The position numbers and the translations under genes are program-made. From positions 23,188,001 to 23,252,000 of the forward strand of contig CM060733.1 of assembly GCA_030704615.1 (NCBI GenBank): DNA of 64,000 nucleotides, given 5' to 3'. The DNA comes from Takakia lepidozioides (lineage: Eukaryota; Plantae; Bryophyta). How positions within the stretch are numbered: position 1 is the stretch's first letter; each line of letters begins with the position of its first letter. The notes under the pieces were generated by a model. That model had not been told where the DNA came from. It did no database searches and saw only the letters and a list, made by a program, of their open reading frames with translations. This document shows positions 25,930 to 39,430 of the stretch, in pieces.

Positions 25930-26264
25930 TGTGTCTCCATTCTTCAGCTATCTTTCGAAGAAGCTAAAGGAACGTAACACCTACATTCTTTCGGATTTGA
26001 CAAGGTCATTCATGATCTCGCAAGATCTGTACTTCATTCCACATATTCTTCAGGAGGTTCCCTACTTCAAGAATTTTGTAAAGGGTTATATTCTAGATGG
26101 AAAAGAGGCATGGGTTAGGATTTCGGAGATGCACGTGTTCCGCTTTTGAAAGATGTGGAAGGTTGGCCCATCATGAAGTACAAGAAGTCAGCTACTGATT
26201 CGGATTGGCTTCCAAAAAATACTAACGTGAAGATATGGAAGTTGAATCCACATGGGACTCCCAA
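25930..26264 (+). pseudogene. Transposase-like gene (DUF7869-like), part upstream of the CACTA insertion
   Basis: FSYLSKKLKERNTYILSDL..QEVPYFKNFV..MHVFRF..GWPIMKYK..W; joins in frame to 32102 (HGTPK-LPEGDP). Confidence 0.6.
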
Positions 26265-29200
26265 CACTACAATACAAGCTGGGCTTTTCGACTCTGTATT
26301 TGACTCATTTTTGAGTCGTTTGCGACATTTTTACTCCCAGCCTCCATAGTTGAACATGCGTGACAAATGTCAAGTCATTTCAGTCAAGCAGTCGAATCCA
26401 GATGCGAGGTTCTGACAGTGAAATGTGACAGTAAAACCTAGGAGATGACGTGTAGGCAGCACAGTATGACGTGGATGCGACGTGGCTATGACGTGGCTAT
26501 GACGTGTAGTAAAGTGGTTTAACTGAATTATAAGGTGGATGCATGACGTGTAGTGAGTGGCTTAAGGGCAGAGTGACGTGGATGCATGACGTGTAGTAAA
26601 GTGGTTTAATTGAAGTGGAACATATTGACTATGTTCCATGATGTTAAGTATAGAAGTATACGGTTTGACTGTAAATCAGCGATAGTGAGTTTGCTTGACT
26701 TTGTATACTGTAATATTCTACCGTGAAGCAGTAAAAGAGGACACATTTTAGTAAATATGTTTCACTCTGGAGGTGTATATACATATATACATATAAATAT
26801 AAATATATAAATATATATATATATATATATATGAATTGGGAGGCTTTATATTTAATATTTGGTTTTTTTTTTCTGTTATTTCGTTTTTTTCATTTACTTT
26901 TAGTTTATATCTGTACGAATGTGAATTAGTGGATATTGTATTTAATTTTTTTGATTCGCTGCACTGCATTGAAAATATATTACAAATACAACAAAACATA
27001 GAATACAAATACAGGTTGGAACCAAAAACATTTGGATGGCTCAAAACTGGTTTATATCAAGAGTGTTTTGCAAAACAGGTTTTGGCCACATTCTACAAAT
27101 GACCAACATGAGGGCCATGTTGCCATATCCATAGATCACTGCCCAACTGAAGTCATTGAGTAAGGATAATCTGCTGTGCAACTAGGTCCAACACTATCGT
27201 GGACATGTCAAGAGAACATTAGAAATCATTTTGAGAATGAATTCAGGTAGTTCCAGAGAATGGTGGTGCCAGCTACCTTGTCACCCAAAGTGACATCCAC
27301 TTCCAGGGCTGCCTTGACATACATATCCACCAAGGCAGTGTTTAGAGTGACAACTCCAGCTTTGACGATGTCAACATGGACCTTTGTGCCCTTTTGAGGG
27401 CTGCCAGGCTCACATTTGATGTAGATGTACACCAGGGGAATGTTCAGAATGACATCTGGTACAATTCCAGCTTGGATAATGTCACCATAAACCTCTTTGC
27501 CCCTTCCCAGGGCAGCTAGGCTCGCATATGCATATTACAAAAACAAATGAACATGACGGCCTAGTCTGGCTTCATCCCTTCCCACATCATTTGCTCTTAT
27601 GTTTCCAAAGCCTTAATCCCATTCCCATGCTGCACATACCTTGCAATCATGGCCCTCCAAAATACCACAACTCGTTCAGCCATATTGTCAAACTCTCCCT
27701 TCACATCAGGCTTGCTGCACCCACATTTGGCATACATGTCCACCAAGGCAGAGTTCAGAATGACAATTTCCCCTTTAACGATCGGCATAAGCAAGGGGAA
27801 GGAGACAGCAGAGCTGCTGCTCTCTCCCAGCACCAAAAAAAACCAAAAGAAAAAAAAATGGAGGGGCTGAGAGAGCCGCCATGGCTGTGAAGTACCAGTA
27901 TGCTGCAACGTGATGTGGTTGGGCTTCACCCCTTCCCCCATCAATATTTGATCATAGGTCTCCAAAGCCTCTATACCATGTCCCTGCTGTGCATACCCTG
28001 CAAGCATCACCCATTCACAATCTACATAAACAGAGTACACATAAGTTCCTTGCTTTGCATCCTCAATGCACCCACATTGGGCATACATGTCCACCAGGGC
28101 AGAGTTCAGAATGACATCTGGTACAATTCCAGCTTTGACAATGTCAACATAGACCTCTTTGACCTTTTCCAGGGCTGCCAGGCTTGCATAAGCATTGCAA
28201 TCACACAAAAACGTGATGTGGTTGGGGCTTCACCCCTTCCCCCATCATTTGATCATAGGTCTCCAAATCCACCATCCCACGCCCTGCTCTGCATACCCTG
28301 CGATGCTTGTGAGTGTGTACCTGCTTTCCAGCTTCCAGACCATTTTGGCGTGAATCCACGTCATTTGTTGGCACTAGGAAAGGGTTGAGACTCAGCTGCT
28401 CAACTACTCCCTGGTCTTACATAGTGGGTTTACATAGTGTGCCAAGCACAACATCTGGAGCCAAAGCCTCCATCCAGTGCCCCTGCTGTGCATACCCTGA
28501 AAGCATCGAGCTCTAACATCAGCTCTGACAATGTTGCCATGGGCCTCTTTGCCCTTTTCCAGGGCTGCCAGGCTTGCACACGCACTGCAACCGCACACAA
28601 ACCTGATCAGCCCAAAACCAATGGCCAGCCTCTCACTGTGGTGGCAAAGAGAAAATTCCTTTTCCTCCTCCCCCACATCATGCAATACAAAGTGCGTGTC
28701 AGACACATACCCCGCCTCCTTTCATCTGCCCAGACAATCTTCTCAGCTCAGCATGGATTTCCTTAATTGGGATGCAACTTGTCATCTACAGCAAGGTGTG
28801 CACCCTGTTGCCAACCCCAATGCAGCAGCGACATGGCTGCTTTCTAACCCCTCTGACCGTCATCATTCTTCTCACCTTTGCAGTATCATCCCACCTGTCA
28901 GCTGCAGCATACATGTTTGATACCAACACATAAGTCACGGCATCCTGTTCATCCCATTTGAGGATAGATGTTGCCGCACGTTCAGCCATCTCCACATTGC
29001 CATGGATTCTGCAGGCACCAAGCAAGGCCTTCCACACCACAAGATCTGGAATGATTGGCATCTTATTAATCAGATCCACTGCCTCATCCAGTTGTCCCGC
29101 ACGTCCAAGAAGGTCCACCATACAGCCAAAGTGCTTTACTGTCGGAGTGACACCATGATCTTGATTTCCTTCATTCAGTAGGCCAGTGTGGCTGCATGTA

Positions 29201-32098
29201 GAGAGAACACACATAAAGGTGAGACTGTCCGGCTTCATTGCATTTCCTTCAAATAGTTGCAGGACCTCCCTATGACCATGCTGGGCATATCCTGCGATCA
29301 TCGCGTTCCACGACACCACATTTCGTTCAGCCATATTGTCGAACACTCCCTACGCATCCTCAATGCACCCACATTTGGCATACATGTCCACGAGGGTATT
29401 GTTCAGAATCACACCTGGTACAATTCTAGCTTTGGCGATGCAACCATGCACCTCTTTGCCCTTTTCCAGGGCTGCCAGGCTTGCACACGCACTGCAAAAG
29501 CACACAAACGCAATGTGGTTGCGCTTCACCCCTTCCACCATCATTTGCTCATAGGTCTCCAAGGCCTCCATCCCGCCCCCCTGTGGTGCATACCCTGCAA
29601 GCATGGCGTTCCATGACACCAAATCTCGTTCAGCCATATTGTTGAACACTCCCTCCACGTCCTCAATGCCCACATTTGACATATATGTCCCCGAGGGTGT
29701 TGTTCAGAATCACATCTGGTACAATTCCAGCTTTGACGATGCAAACATGGACCTCTTTGCCCTTTTCCAGGGCTGTCAGGCTTGCACAAGCATTGCAAAC
29801 GCACACAAACGTGATGTTGTTGCGCTTCACCCCTTCCCCCATCATTTGCTCATAGGTCTCCAAGGCCTCCATCCCGTGCCCCGCTGTGCATATCCTGCAA
29901 GCATGGCGTTCCATGACACCAATTTCGTTCAGCCATATTGTTGAACACTCCCTCCACATTTGGCATACATGTCCACAGGGTATTGTTCAGAATCACATCT
30001 GGTACATTTTCAGCTTTGACGATGCGACCATGGACCTCTTTGCCCTTTTCAAGGGCTGCCAGGCTTGCACACGCACTGCAGACGCACAGAAACGTTATGT
30101 GGTCACCCCTTCCTCCATCATTTGCTCGTAGGTCTCCACAGCCTCCATCCCGCGCCCCTGCTGTGCATATCCAGCAAGCATGGCGTTCCATGACACCACA
30201 TCTTGTTCAGCCATATTGTTGAACACTCCCTCGGCATCCTCAATGCTCCCACAATTGGCATACATGTCCACGAGGGTATTGTTCAGAATGACATCTGGTA
30301 CAATTCCAGCTTTCGCGATGCAACCATGCACCTCTTTGCACATGCATTGCAAATGCACACAAAGATTCACTCAACCAGGTAACTTGCACAATTCAACATG
30401 GAAATTTAGGGCCAATTCTGATAAGGAAAAACAGGGTGAAATGTGCTGAAGAAGGTGCCTTCATTAATAGTGCCTGATTTTATCCATTGTGCCGCTGCTG
30501 CTGCGGCTTCCAGTTGACCATCTGTTTCTTGTAGCTATCCTCCACAGGGAATCATAGATAATCTGGAGCTTGAAATCCGGGCCTCTTGGATGAATCTGGA
30601 CCCACGCTCTATCCCTGCACTCCTTCAGCTATCCATGCCTGTATACAAATTGAATACATCCTCAGCCTTGCTGCAGCTAGCAGCTGAAGCAGCTGACACT
30701 GACACCCTAACCCTACCTACAGTAACATGTCAAAATCACTCCAAAACCACCATACCCGCAGACTGCCACGCATGGGATCCAGTGCAGCAATAGCACCACG
30801 ACTTCAGCTTTTTAACGAGAAAAACAAGACTGACCTCCCATCAGCCTCTCACGGGCTGAAGAGGGTGAAGACGCAGCCCTTCTCGACTGCCTGGCTTGAA
30901 TGATCCCATACCCTGGCAGCCTGCTTGCACTACTCTCTTGCCTCCTCTCTTCACTATCAGACAGACCAAGTACGGCACTGCTCCCACCCGGGATACAAAA
31001 AGCAAGCGTAGCCTCTTTATCTTGCCGGGGAATGTAAGAGATGCCAGACACAGTACGTGACCTCTTGCTTACGTGCTCTACTGAGGCACCAGAGTGGGCA
31101 ATCACCTTAAAGCGACGAATTTCGGTCCTCCTCCGCCTCGCAACTCCAGTCGCCGTCTCGGACGTCAGAGATTCATCAATAAAAACACTTGCGCGCACAC
31201 GAGTGTCTGTCCCGACCATAGCCTCCATCCTCGTCTCTAACATACCGTAAACCACAACACTCTTTCCTTCCACATAATCACTTCCCCCTCCTTGCAGAAA
31301 CAGCTCCTCATCCTCGTCAGGAAGAATACCAAATCATGGTACTAAGAGCCCACATTTGCAGGATGGACAAACATCTTCACATCGTACATTAAGAAAAGCC
31401 ACTCCTTGCGATTGCGGTTGTCCACCCAAGCTATTGCATATCCTGCAGATCCTCCCACGCAAACACAGCAAAACGATCGAATCCCATAACTTACTCATCG
31501 CTGAACGCAATCCCGCAACCCTAAATCCATTTTGAATTATTTGGATGAATGTATCGTAGATGGATGGATTTTGGGTTTTCCATCAATCTATCCATCCATC
31601 CATTTAATTTTCCGTTCATCCAATAGTTGCCAGCAAGGGGTTTGCTTTATCGTTCATTCATACGTTCACCCAGTGCACACAAATTATATTTCATATGTTC
31701 ATCCAACAGCTGCCAGCCAGGCGTTTGTTTATCATTCGTTCAGATAATTCAGTTGTTTTGTTTCACTAACCTTATCCAGCACACGATTAGTTTACTATTA
31801 ATGTGTTGGGTCAGTGAAAAAATAGTTAAATAATTTTACTTCTTATTATCCACGTATATATTGCTATATATAGTTTATATATTGTTATTACACATGCCAT
31901 TGCTTAACTGGTTGTCTCAGTCAGCTCATTTTAGGTAGTCAAAATCTCTCACTACAGTCAAAATTTTCGCGGTTGTCTAGCACCTCGAATATTTTAATAT
32001 AAATTTTGACTGCAAAATGGTTGGAACAGTTGAAAGTGACAAGAGTCAACACCAGCGTCAAACTAAATCGTCGAAATTACATAGGGTGTGTTGTAGTG
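26265..32098. mobile_element. Non-autonomous CACTA element (5.8 kb) carrying PPR-DYW fragments (Pack-CACTA)
   Basis: Ends CACTACAATACA (26265) and TGTGTTGTAGTG (32098); 3-bp TSD CAA at 26262-26264 and 32099-32101; removing it restores the host reading frame. Confidence 0.9.
27290..30360 (-). pseudogene. PLS PPR, E and partial DYW pseudogene fragments inside the CACTA
   Basis: PLS motifs, [43 protein letters not shown]; frameshifted and rearranged. Confidence 0.9.
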
Positions 32099-32885
32099 CA
32101 AGCTTCCTGAAGGAGACCCAGACGCCTTTCCAAGAAGACCGATCTGGGGAGTCACAGACGACTCCTCCGAAAAACAGTCATTCATAAAAAATGGCATTAA
32201 AAAATATAGGGATTTTTGGACGAAATGAATGTTGCTTGACGATCATTACAGAGGTCTAATGGAACAATACGACCAATACTCGGGAAATATTCTCGCCGAG
32301 CTGGATAAGCCAATTCCGGAAACTTCCGAGCGTATTCATCTGCTTGAGGGATTCTGGCTGTAAACAAAATGGTCGACGAATCATCGGAGAGATGACATCC
32401 AGCCACATATAGTGCATGATATGGAAGAAGAGGATGAAATCCCAGATTCTTACTGTGGCCCGAGGTGTGAGCTTCCAAGGATACCCATGAATCCGTTCAA
32501 GGATATTGAGAAAGGGTTCTTTGTGCTCGTTCGTCCTCATGACCCAAAGACGTGCCCGGTCTGGATGGGGGTGACAATATTTGATGTGATCCGAGAAAGG
32601 GAGGATCCTAATTTTAAGAAGGTGAAGGTGGAGTGGTGGAGATCGAAAAAATGAGGTAACGGCCCATCAGACTTGGAAAGGTACAAGAACTGTTGGTCAA
32701 AACTTTGGAAGTATAACTCGTCAGATCCTGCTCAATGGATCCACGTGAACAATGTCGTGTGGACACTGCCGCCACGAAAAAAATACGACAAGGAATAGCA
32801 CTAAGAGAATTACAGCCGCGGAAGCAGTGAAGGCGCGTGCGAATTTGGAGGAGGCGAATCTCCAGTCAGAAAGTGAGTCTTGCGA
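32099..32885 (+). pseudogene. Transposase-like gene (DUF7869-like), part downstream of the CACTA insertion
   Basis: LPEGDPDAFPRRPIWG..KGFFVLVRPHDPKTCPVWMG..VKVEWWR..W; frameshifted. Confidence 0.55.
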
Positions 32886-33639
32886 ACGAGTTGCAGTCCA
32901 AGGACAAAATGTTGAGGTCAACTCCGGTATTTCGATTTAATAAATAATTTTTTTCTTCTCTATATGGCCATTCTTGTTTGCGTTGGGGGCTCTTTTTTGT
33001 TATCTTCTTCTGTCGCACTCAACCTCGAATGTCCAGTGCACGTTCCCGATCTTTTATTTCTGGTGTGCTGGATTCTGGCCTGCTGTACATTCTGTTCAAC
33101 AAAAAAAAAACCTTGTGGGGTAGGCTGGCACAACCACTGGAGTCTTCCGCTTCAAATTTGGTCAAAGTGGTTTCTAACAACGAAAAAAATTATCCCATTT
33201 TGAGTCATTCTCTCAATGATTGCACTTATTTTTCGCAGAACCAAGTCTCCCACTGAAGTCTCCCAATCAAAGGACCCTTACCCAATCATTCTTGTCATAG
33301 TTGTCAATTTGTCACTCGTGAAGTTTTATCTCTGAGATTTCCTCCATTTTGTCCTCTAAGCTCTACGACTTCTTTGCACCAAATTTTCATTTCATTTCAT
33401 TTTTCATACTTCTCATCTTTGGCTCTGATTTTCTTTCATGATTTCACATGTTTTCTTCCATTGTTAAAATTTTAAGCAAATTTTCAATTCTCATACTTTT
33501 TATTTGGTGGTCTGACTTTTTATCCTCTCTCATGTTTTCTTCCATTTTATCCCATGAGCACTAGGCGCTTTCCGCAGTCGTTATATAACACCAATTTCTT
33601 CCCAAATCTCATAGGGTGTACTTTCAACTTTTTTGTTGT

Positions 33640-35680
33640 TATTTAGGATTTTGGATTGACATACCTTTTTTATACTTTGCTTTTTATGTTAGCATTACCC
33701 CTAAACCCTTACCCTTTTTGCCAAATGGCCCATGAACTATTCATAACCATAACCATAACCATAACCATTATGGTTATTGAAATGTCTTCTCCCTTCACTT
33801 TTGCGCTAGGTTTTTTCTTTTGTTTTGGATTGACATGCACTTAGGCATGTTATAGTTTGCTTTCTATGTTACATCTTAAATACTAGGTTCCAAGGACGAG
33901 TCTTTCATTTAAAACTTCATTTTTATTTTATTTTGTACCATACTCACAACACTAAGTTCTAGCGACTGGAGTCTTCCATATTTGTTTTTCCATTTGTACC
34001 TTAAACCCAAACCCTAAACCCCTCCCATAAACCCTTACCCTAAAATCCTAAACCTTTACCCTTAACCCATTACCCCTGAACCCTTACCCTTTCCTTTGCA
34101 AATGGGAATCAATTATCCATACCATAACCATAACCATTATGGTTATCCAAATGTCTTCGTTATCCAAATTTTCATTTTGTACCCTACTAACACACACTAA
34201 GTTGTAGCAAGTGCAAGTTTTTCATGTTTGTTCACCATTTGTGCCTTCAACACAAACCCTGAACCCTCGCCGTAAACCCTAAACCAAACCCTACGGCATT
34301 ATTACATCTAAACCCTTACCCTTCCCATACAAATGGGAATGAACTATCCATACCATAACCATAACTATTATGGTTATTCAAATGTTTTCTCCCTTCACTT
34401 TTGCGCTAGGTTTTTCCTTTGTTTTGGATTGACATCCACTTACTTTTTTTTATCGAACTTTGCTTTCTATGTTTATTAATACCAGGTTCCAACAACGAGT
34501 CTTTCATTTAAATACTTGTCATGTGCAATGACTAGAGTCTAGACTTCCATAATATTTGGTTCTTCATTTTTATTTTGCTTTCTAGCCTACTAACTACACT
34601 AAGTTCTAGCGATTGGAGTCTTCCATAAGTGTTTGTCTATTTTGTACCTTAAACAAAAACCCTAAATCCCTACCCTAAACCCTTACTCTAAAACCCTAAA
34701 CCTTTACCATCAACCCATTACCCTTACCCTTCCCTTTGCAAATGTGAATCAACTATCCATACCATAACCATAACCATTATAGTTATCCAAATGTCTTCGT
34801 TATCCAATTTTTCATTTTGTACCCTACTAACACACACTAAGTATAAAGCGAGTGCAAGTCTTCCATGTTTGTTCACCATTTGTACCTTAAACCCAAACCC
34901 TAAGCCCTTTCCCTAAACCCTCACCGTAAACCCTAAACCTTTGCCCTTGTTAAGCCATTATTACGTCTAAACCCTTATCCTTCACAAATGGGAGTGAACT
35001 ATCCATACCATAACCATAACCATTATGGTTATCCAAATGTCTTCTCCCTTAATTTTTGCGCTAGTTTTCTCCTTTGTTTTGGATTGACATGCACTTATCG
35101 TTGCATAGTGTGCTTTCTATGTATCTTAATACCAGGTTCCAAGGACGAGTCTTCAATTTAAATACTTGTCCGTCCCAATGACTCTTCCATAATATTTATT
35201 TCTCCATTTTTATTTTTATTTTTTATCCTACTAACACACACCAAGTTTTAGCAAGTGCGAGTCTTCCACATTTGTTTGTCCATTTGTACATTAAACGCAA
35301 ACCGAAAACCCCTACCTTTACCATCACCCCTAAACCCTTACTCTTACCATAAATCAAAAACCTTAGAGTACTACCCTAGTTACACTCCAAACCTTATTGT
35401 ACTACCATGTTACCTCTTCTCAATGTTTCATGCTCTTTTAATATTTTCTTTTGTTGGATAAGGTATGATAGAATGATTACAGGAATATCAAATTCCTCAA
35501 CCATTTCTTAATTCTACCGAATGTGAGTCCATCATATTTGTTTGTCCCTTTGTACCCTAAATCCAAACCCTAAACCCTTACCCTTACCATAAACCCAAAC
35601 ATTATTGCACTTCTCTCTAGTTACACTAAACCTTATTGTACTACCCTAGTACCTCTTCCTAATATGTTATTTTAATATTT
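33640..35680 (+). repeat. Degenerate higher-order tandem repeat (~600-650 bp period) rich in AAACCCT and CCATAA motifs
   Basis: (CCATAA)n-ATTATGGTTAT-like blocks at ~33750, 34120, 34352, 34760, 35005; TTTGGATTGACAT at ~33650, 33825, 34425, 35080. Confidence 0.8.
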
Positions 35681-37164
35681 TACTGCCATTGTCACACCCA
35701 AAACATCATTCCAGGGTAAGTGCAGACTACTGGCTCAAAAGCGGCAGATGTGCCCTCCACTGAAAGTCCATGAGAAAAAATTAATGTACATTTTAATTAA
35801 GGATATTTGTTCAAATATATTTTTATCTTCATAGGTAATTGTATACTAATCATATTTAGTAAATGGTCTCATCCCAAATATTTGAGATATTTTTTATTAT
35901 ATTTTTCTCTTATTTAAAAATAATAGCTATTTATTATTATCTTGTAGTTTATGAAATTTGTCCATATAATAATAAGCTCCTAGAGACAATAACAATATAT
36001 ATATTCTTAGCAAAGATCTCCACCCAAATATGAATTTTTCAAAATACTATGGACAAATCGTCATTTTGGGGGATGTTTTTGTACAAAAAGTCCATAGTGT
36101 CTTGATGGATGGATGGAATTGGTCATGAATTTATATTTGTGTCTATTCAAACATTGTGTATCTAGTTGTAAAGTCTATATATGAATTGGTTTTGCACAAA
36201 TAGGTTTTTCAGATGGCGGACATCCAATGGACTGTGACAATCCCATAGGAATTTCCCTACAAAAGTCCATACCTTCATGAGATTTCATCCAAATTCCAAA
36301 ATAATTGTACCGACATGTACATATGGTAAGTGGCTAACCCATTTTAAGTCCATTTGCTATGAATATATACTTATGTGTATAGGGTGAAGAATAATATGAC
36401 AAGCAGTCAGTCGAAAACTGCAAATTGCAGTCCAAACTGAGCCACTCTAGTCTGCATCTACCCTCCAATGTGAACATTGTGCTTGCCATGAAGATTCAAT
36501 CAATAAAATTACTAGCAAGTTGTATCGAGTATGGTAAAGTAGGAGTCTGCCCCATGTTCGATGCGACCCATTTGTTTATCGTGATTACATAATGTAATAT
36601 TACGTCATTCGACTTCCATTCGACTTCAATGAATTGTTCAGTACTGCTACTTCACAAGCACTTCAATGTCAAATGGACCTCTTATATGACACATTTTGAA
36701 ACAAGTATGACATCACCTGTAATTTCACAAAGTTCAATCATACATTACACCATCATATTATTAATATTTCAATTAATTTTAATTCAAATATATTAAGTTT
36801 GGTCCGGATTTAAGCCAAAAGTCCAGAATTAGTTAAAATAGGGTTAAAATACAAAAGGAACTTGGTGAAAGTTAATTGTCAAGTCTACATGGTACTTTGG
36901 AACATCCATCAAGATGACAAATGATGTGTTGTCTATTGCTGTGGGAGAGATTCTTGTCTTTAGTATACAGTGAAGCTTAATCGGTCTCCAAAGTTGTTTA
37001 TAAGATGAGACGTCCGCAAGAGGCATTACCGACTTTTCTATGTCATCATATGGACCTAGCCAAGGAGGTCGATCCAAATGTACGCCTCCTCGCATATAGG
37101 AGTTCTTTGCAACACCAGTTCTTGACGATTATGAACTTCAAGTCGAGAGGTAATAATAATAATA

Positions 37165-37330
37165 TACTTGGATAATCATGCACTGTCCAAAGCAAGATGC
37201 CTCTCATCTGAAAAGATTGTCCAGCCATAGGGTCAAGTGTCTTCAGAGATGTGTCCAAAACGTCCTCCGTGCGATTGATTGTACACAAATTACAGTCAAG
37301 GCCCCCATGAACTACCCGATTTTTAGCAAG
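37165..37330 (-). pseudogene. CACTA/En-Spm Tnp2 (Transposase_21) fragment
   Basis: TLDPMAGQSFQMRGILLWTVHDYP resembles the F.LRA.LLWTI.DYP signature. Confidence 0.6.
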
Positions 37331-38116
37331 TTCTTGCGATTTAATAGTAGGGGTGAGTATAAGGTGTAATATTTTAGAATATAGCTACTGCTAAAAACAC
37401 CACTAGTTAGCTGGTGCATTTAACTGGCAGCTGCAGCCGCCGCATGGTAGCTAACAGCTAACTAGCTTAGCACGCTGATTAGCAGCTAGATGCGGCGGGG
37501 CCTTATTCTACTAGAAAAATGTGTAAATATATATTTTTTCTGATTGAACTAAAAAAATTATACTACTAGCTTGGAGACCAACAATAATATTGAGCACACG
37601 ATGGTTTTTCATTCTGATTTGCATTAGTTAAAAACACCAAAGTTGTACCACCTACAATCACACAATTCACCACAGATGCGGGGACACACAAATATCACAT
37701 GAGGAAGGTTGAATGTTATTTTAATATACAATCCAAAAATAAAAAACAAAAAAATATAGACAAATCAAATCCATAGTATTGGCAAGGCCAAACATAATAT
37801 CATGATAAGCTATGGCATTTTAATTCAAAGACATGTTGCTCAGAAAACCAATAGATCTCCAAGTCACGTCCTACCGCAACCATGGGAGCAACAAACGGGC
37901 GTGATCGTTCAGAGAGCTCTTGTGGATTCTCTCCCCCTTGCACTACCTTTGTTCCAAATGGCCCAACTAGTCCCATGAATCAACAAGAGTTTGATTGTTC
38001 AACACACTCTAACTTGGTACGAAGTCATGGACGTCACATCATCTATATATAAAAAAGTCACGGTTATGATTCAACATGGTTCCTTCCCAAGTGACTATCA
38101 TCAATGCAACTTAGCT

Positions 38117-38495
38117 TCAGAAAAGTATGATCTGCAGATTTTCATCCTCGTTCATATCTTGATAGCCACCAGAACGTGATGCCCCATTGATTGACGATGC
38201 GCAATTGTTTGTTAAGGTAGTTACGTATCTCGCTACGGTGCTACAGGGTTGACAGTTAAGACTTCCACAAATTCCAGCGGCGCAACTGCCAGTACGAAAC
38301 ATGGTGGTGCATTGGCTCCCGAACATATTATTGTGACAACAATCCGTTGAACCAAGATTATGTAGATGAGAAATCACTTCCGCGCAGTCTGTGGTCAGTC
38401 CACTAGCTCCAGAAGTCTGACAAACAAGCTGTGTTAGGGCATGTGCTCCTGATACAACCACCACCCGCACACAAACGTAGAGCGATATTTCAGCT
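38117..38495 (-). CDS. Small secreted Cys-rich protein resembling fungal Ecp2/Hce2 effectors (start probably in an upstream exon)
   Basis: Intact ORF; hydrophobic LKISLYVCVRVVVVSGAHA then CQTSGASGLTTDC..CC..C..GSC..ICG..C..C..C..SGG (10 Cys); AG acceptor upstream. Confidence 0.55.
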
Positions 38496-39430
38496 GTGAA
38501 TTATCAAACAAATTATCTTTTATCATGGCCAGAACAAAGAATCATCCCAATTTGTGATGTGTAACACATTCAATATTGAATTAAGCAGTTTAGGTGCCTA
38601 CACGACAAACAGGCAAGTCATGACTCATTTTAGTAAGTGACATATATCCAAATCAATATCCAGTATGAGATTGGTAGAAGACACATTGTGACAAAGGACC
38701 CAATTTCATGCCAATCGCAATTGCAGCACTCATAACGAGACTTGCTGGCTGGAAGGCAGTAGCCCTTGTGGTGAAGTGACACCATAAGTTATGCTCCCTT
38801 CGGGAGGCGTCATACTTTCTTACTTTCGAGACTTGCTATAGTAGTAAAAATGAAATAGAAATATGGACTACTATGTGTGTAGGGGATTCAAACCAATAGC
38901 CACAAGAAGCAACAAAAAGACGCCAAAATTAATCAAAGCAACTCGGGGTAGTGCCATGATCGTTTTTTCAAGAACTTCGAATAAATGCACCTGCAAGAAA
39001 ATGTGGACATGTTATCAGCTCGAATATTGTAGACTTACTGACATTCTATATTAACTAGAATCTCAGCTATACATAAACAAGACTTGATCCTGACAACTAA
39101 CGAACGCTATAGGTAGTCACCATAAATACTCGCAAACCTCAAGGCATTGCCCACATACCCTCTCAACGCAAAGAGATGCAAGTTGGGCTTGTGAGAGGAG
39201 AAGATTTGGAATATACGAGGTCTCGTGTAATGTAGATATAGTAACGTTTCTTGCCTCATACCCAGGCCACACATAACATAACGTTGAGGCAACGCGGGCC
39301 CTTGGCGCGCAACAGTGTCAGGCCGTTCGGACCACACTGTCGGTGGGCGTCTGCTCGGCATAGTTATCTGCCGCAAGAGAAACTACGTTATGGAGATGGG
39401 ACAACCAAGTTGTAGCCCAAACACTTTAAT

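Noticed and set aside
30812-31500. Possible retroelement ORF1 or Zn-finger relic inside the CACTA
   Set aside because: Too degenerate to support a call
33990-34100. True telomere or chromosome-fusion scar
   Set aside because: No long perfect (TTTAGGG)n tract or head-to-head junction; motifs are embedded in a larger repeat unit
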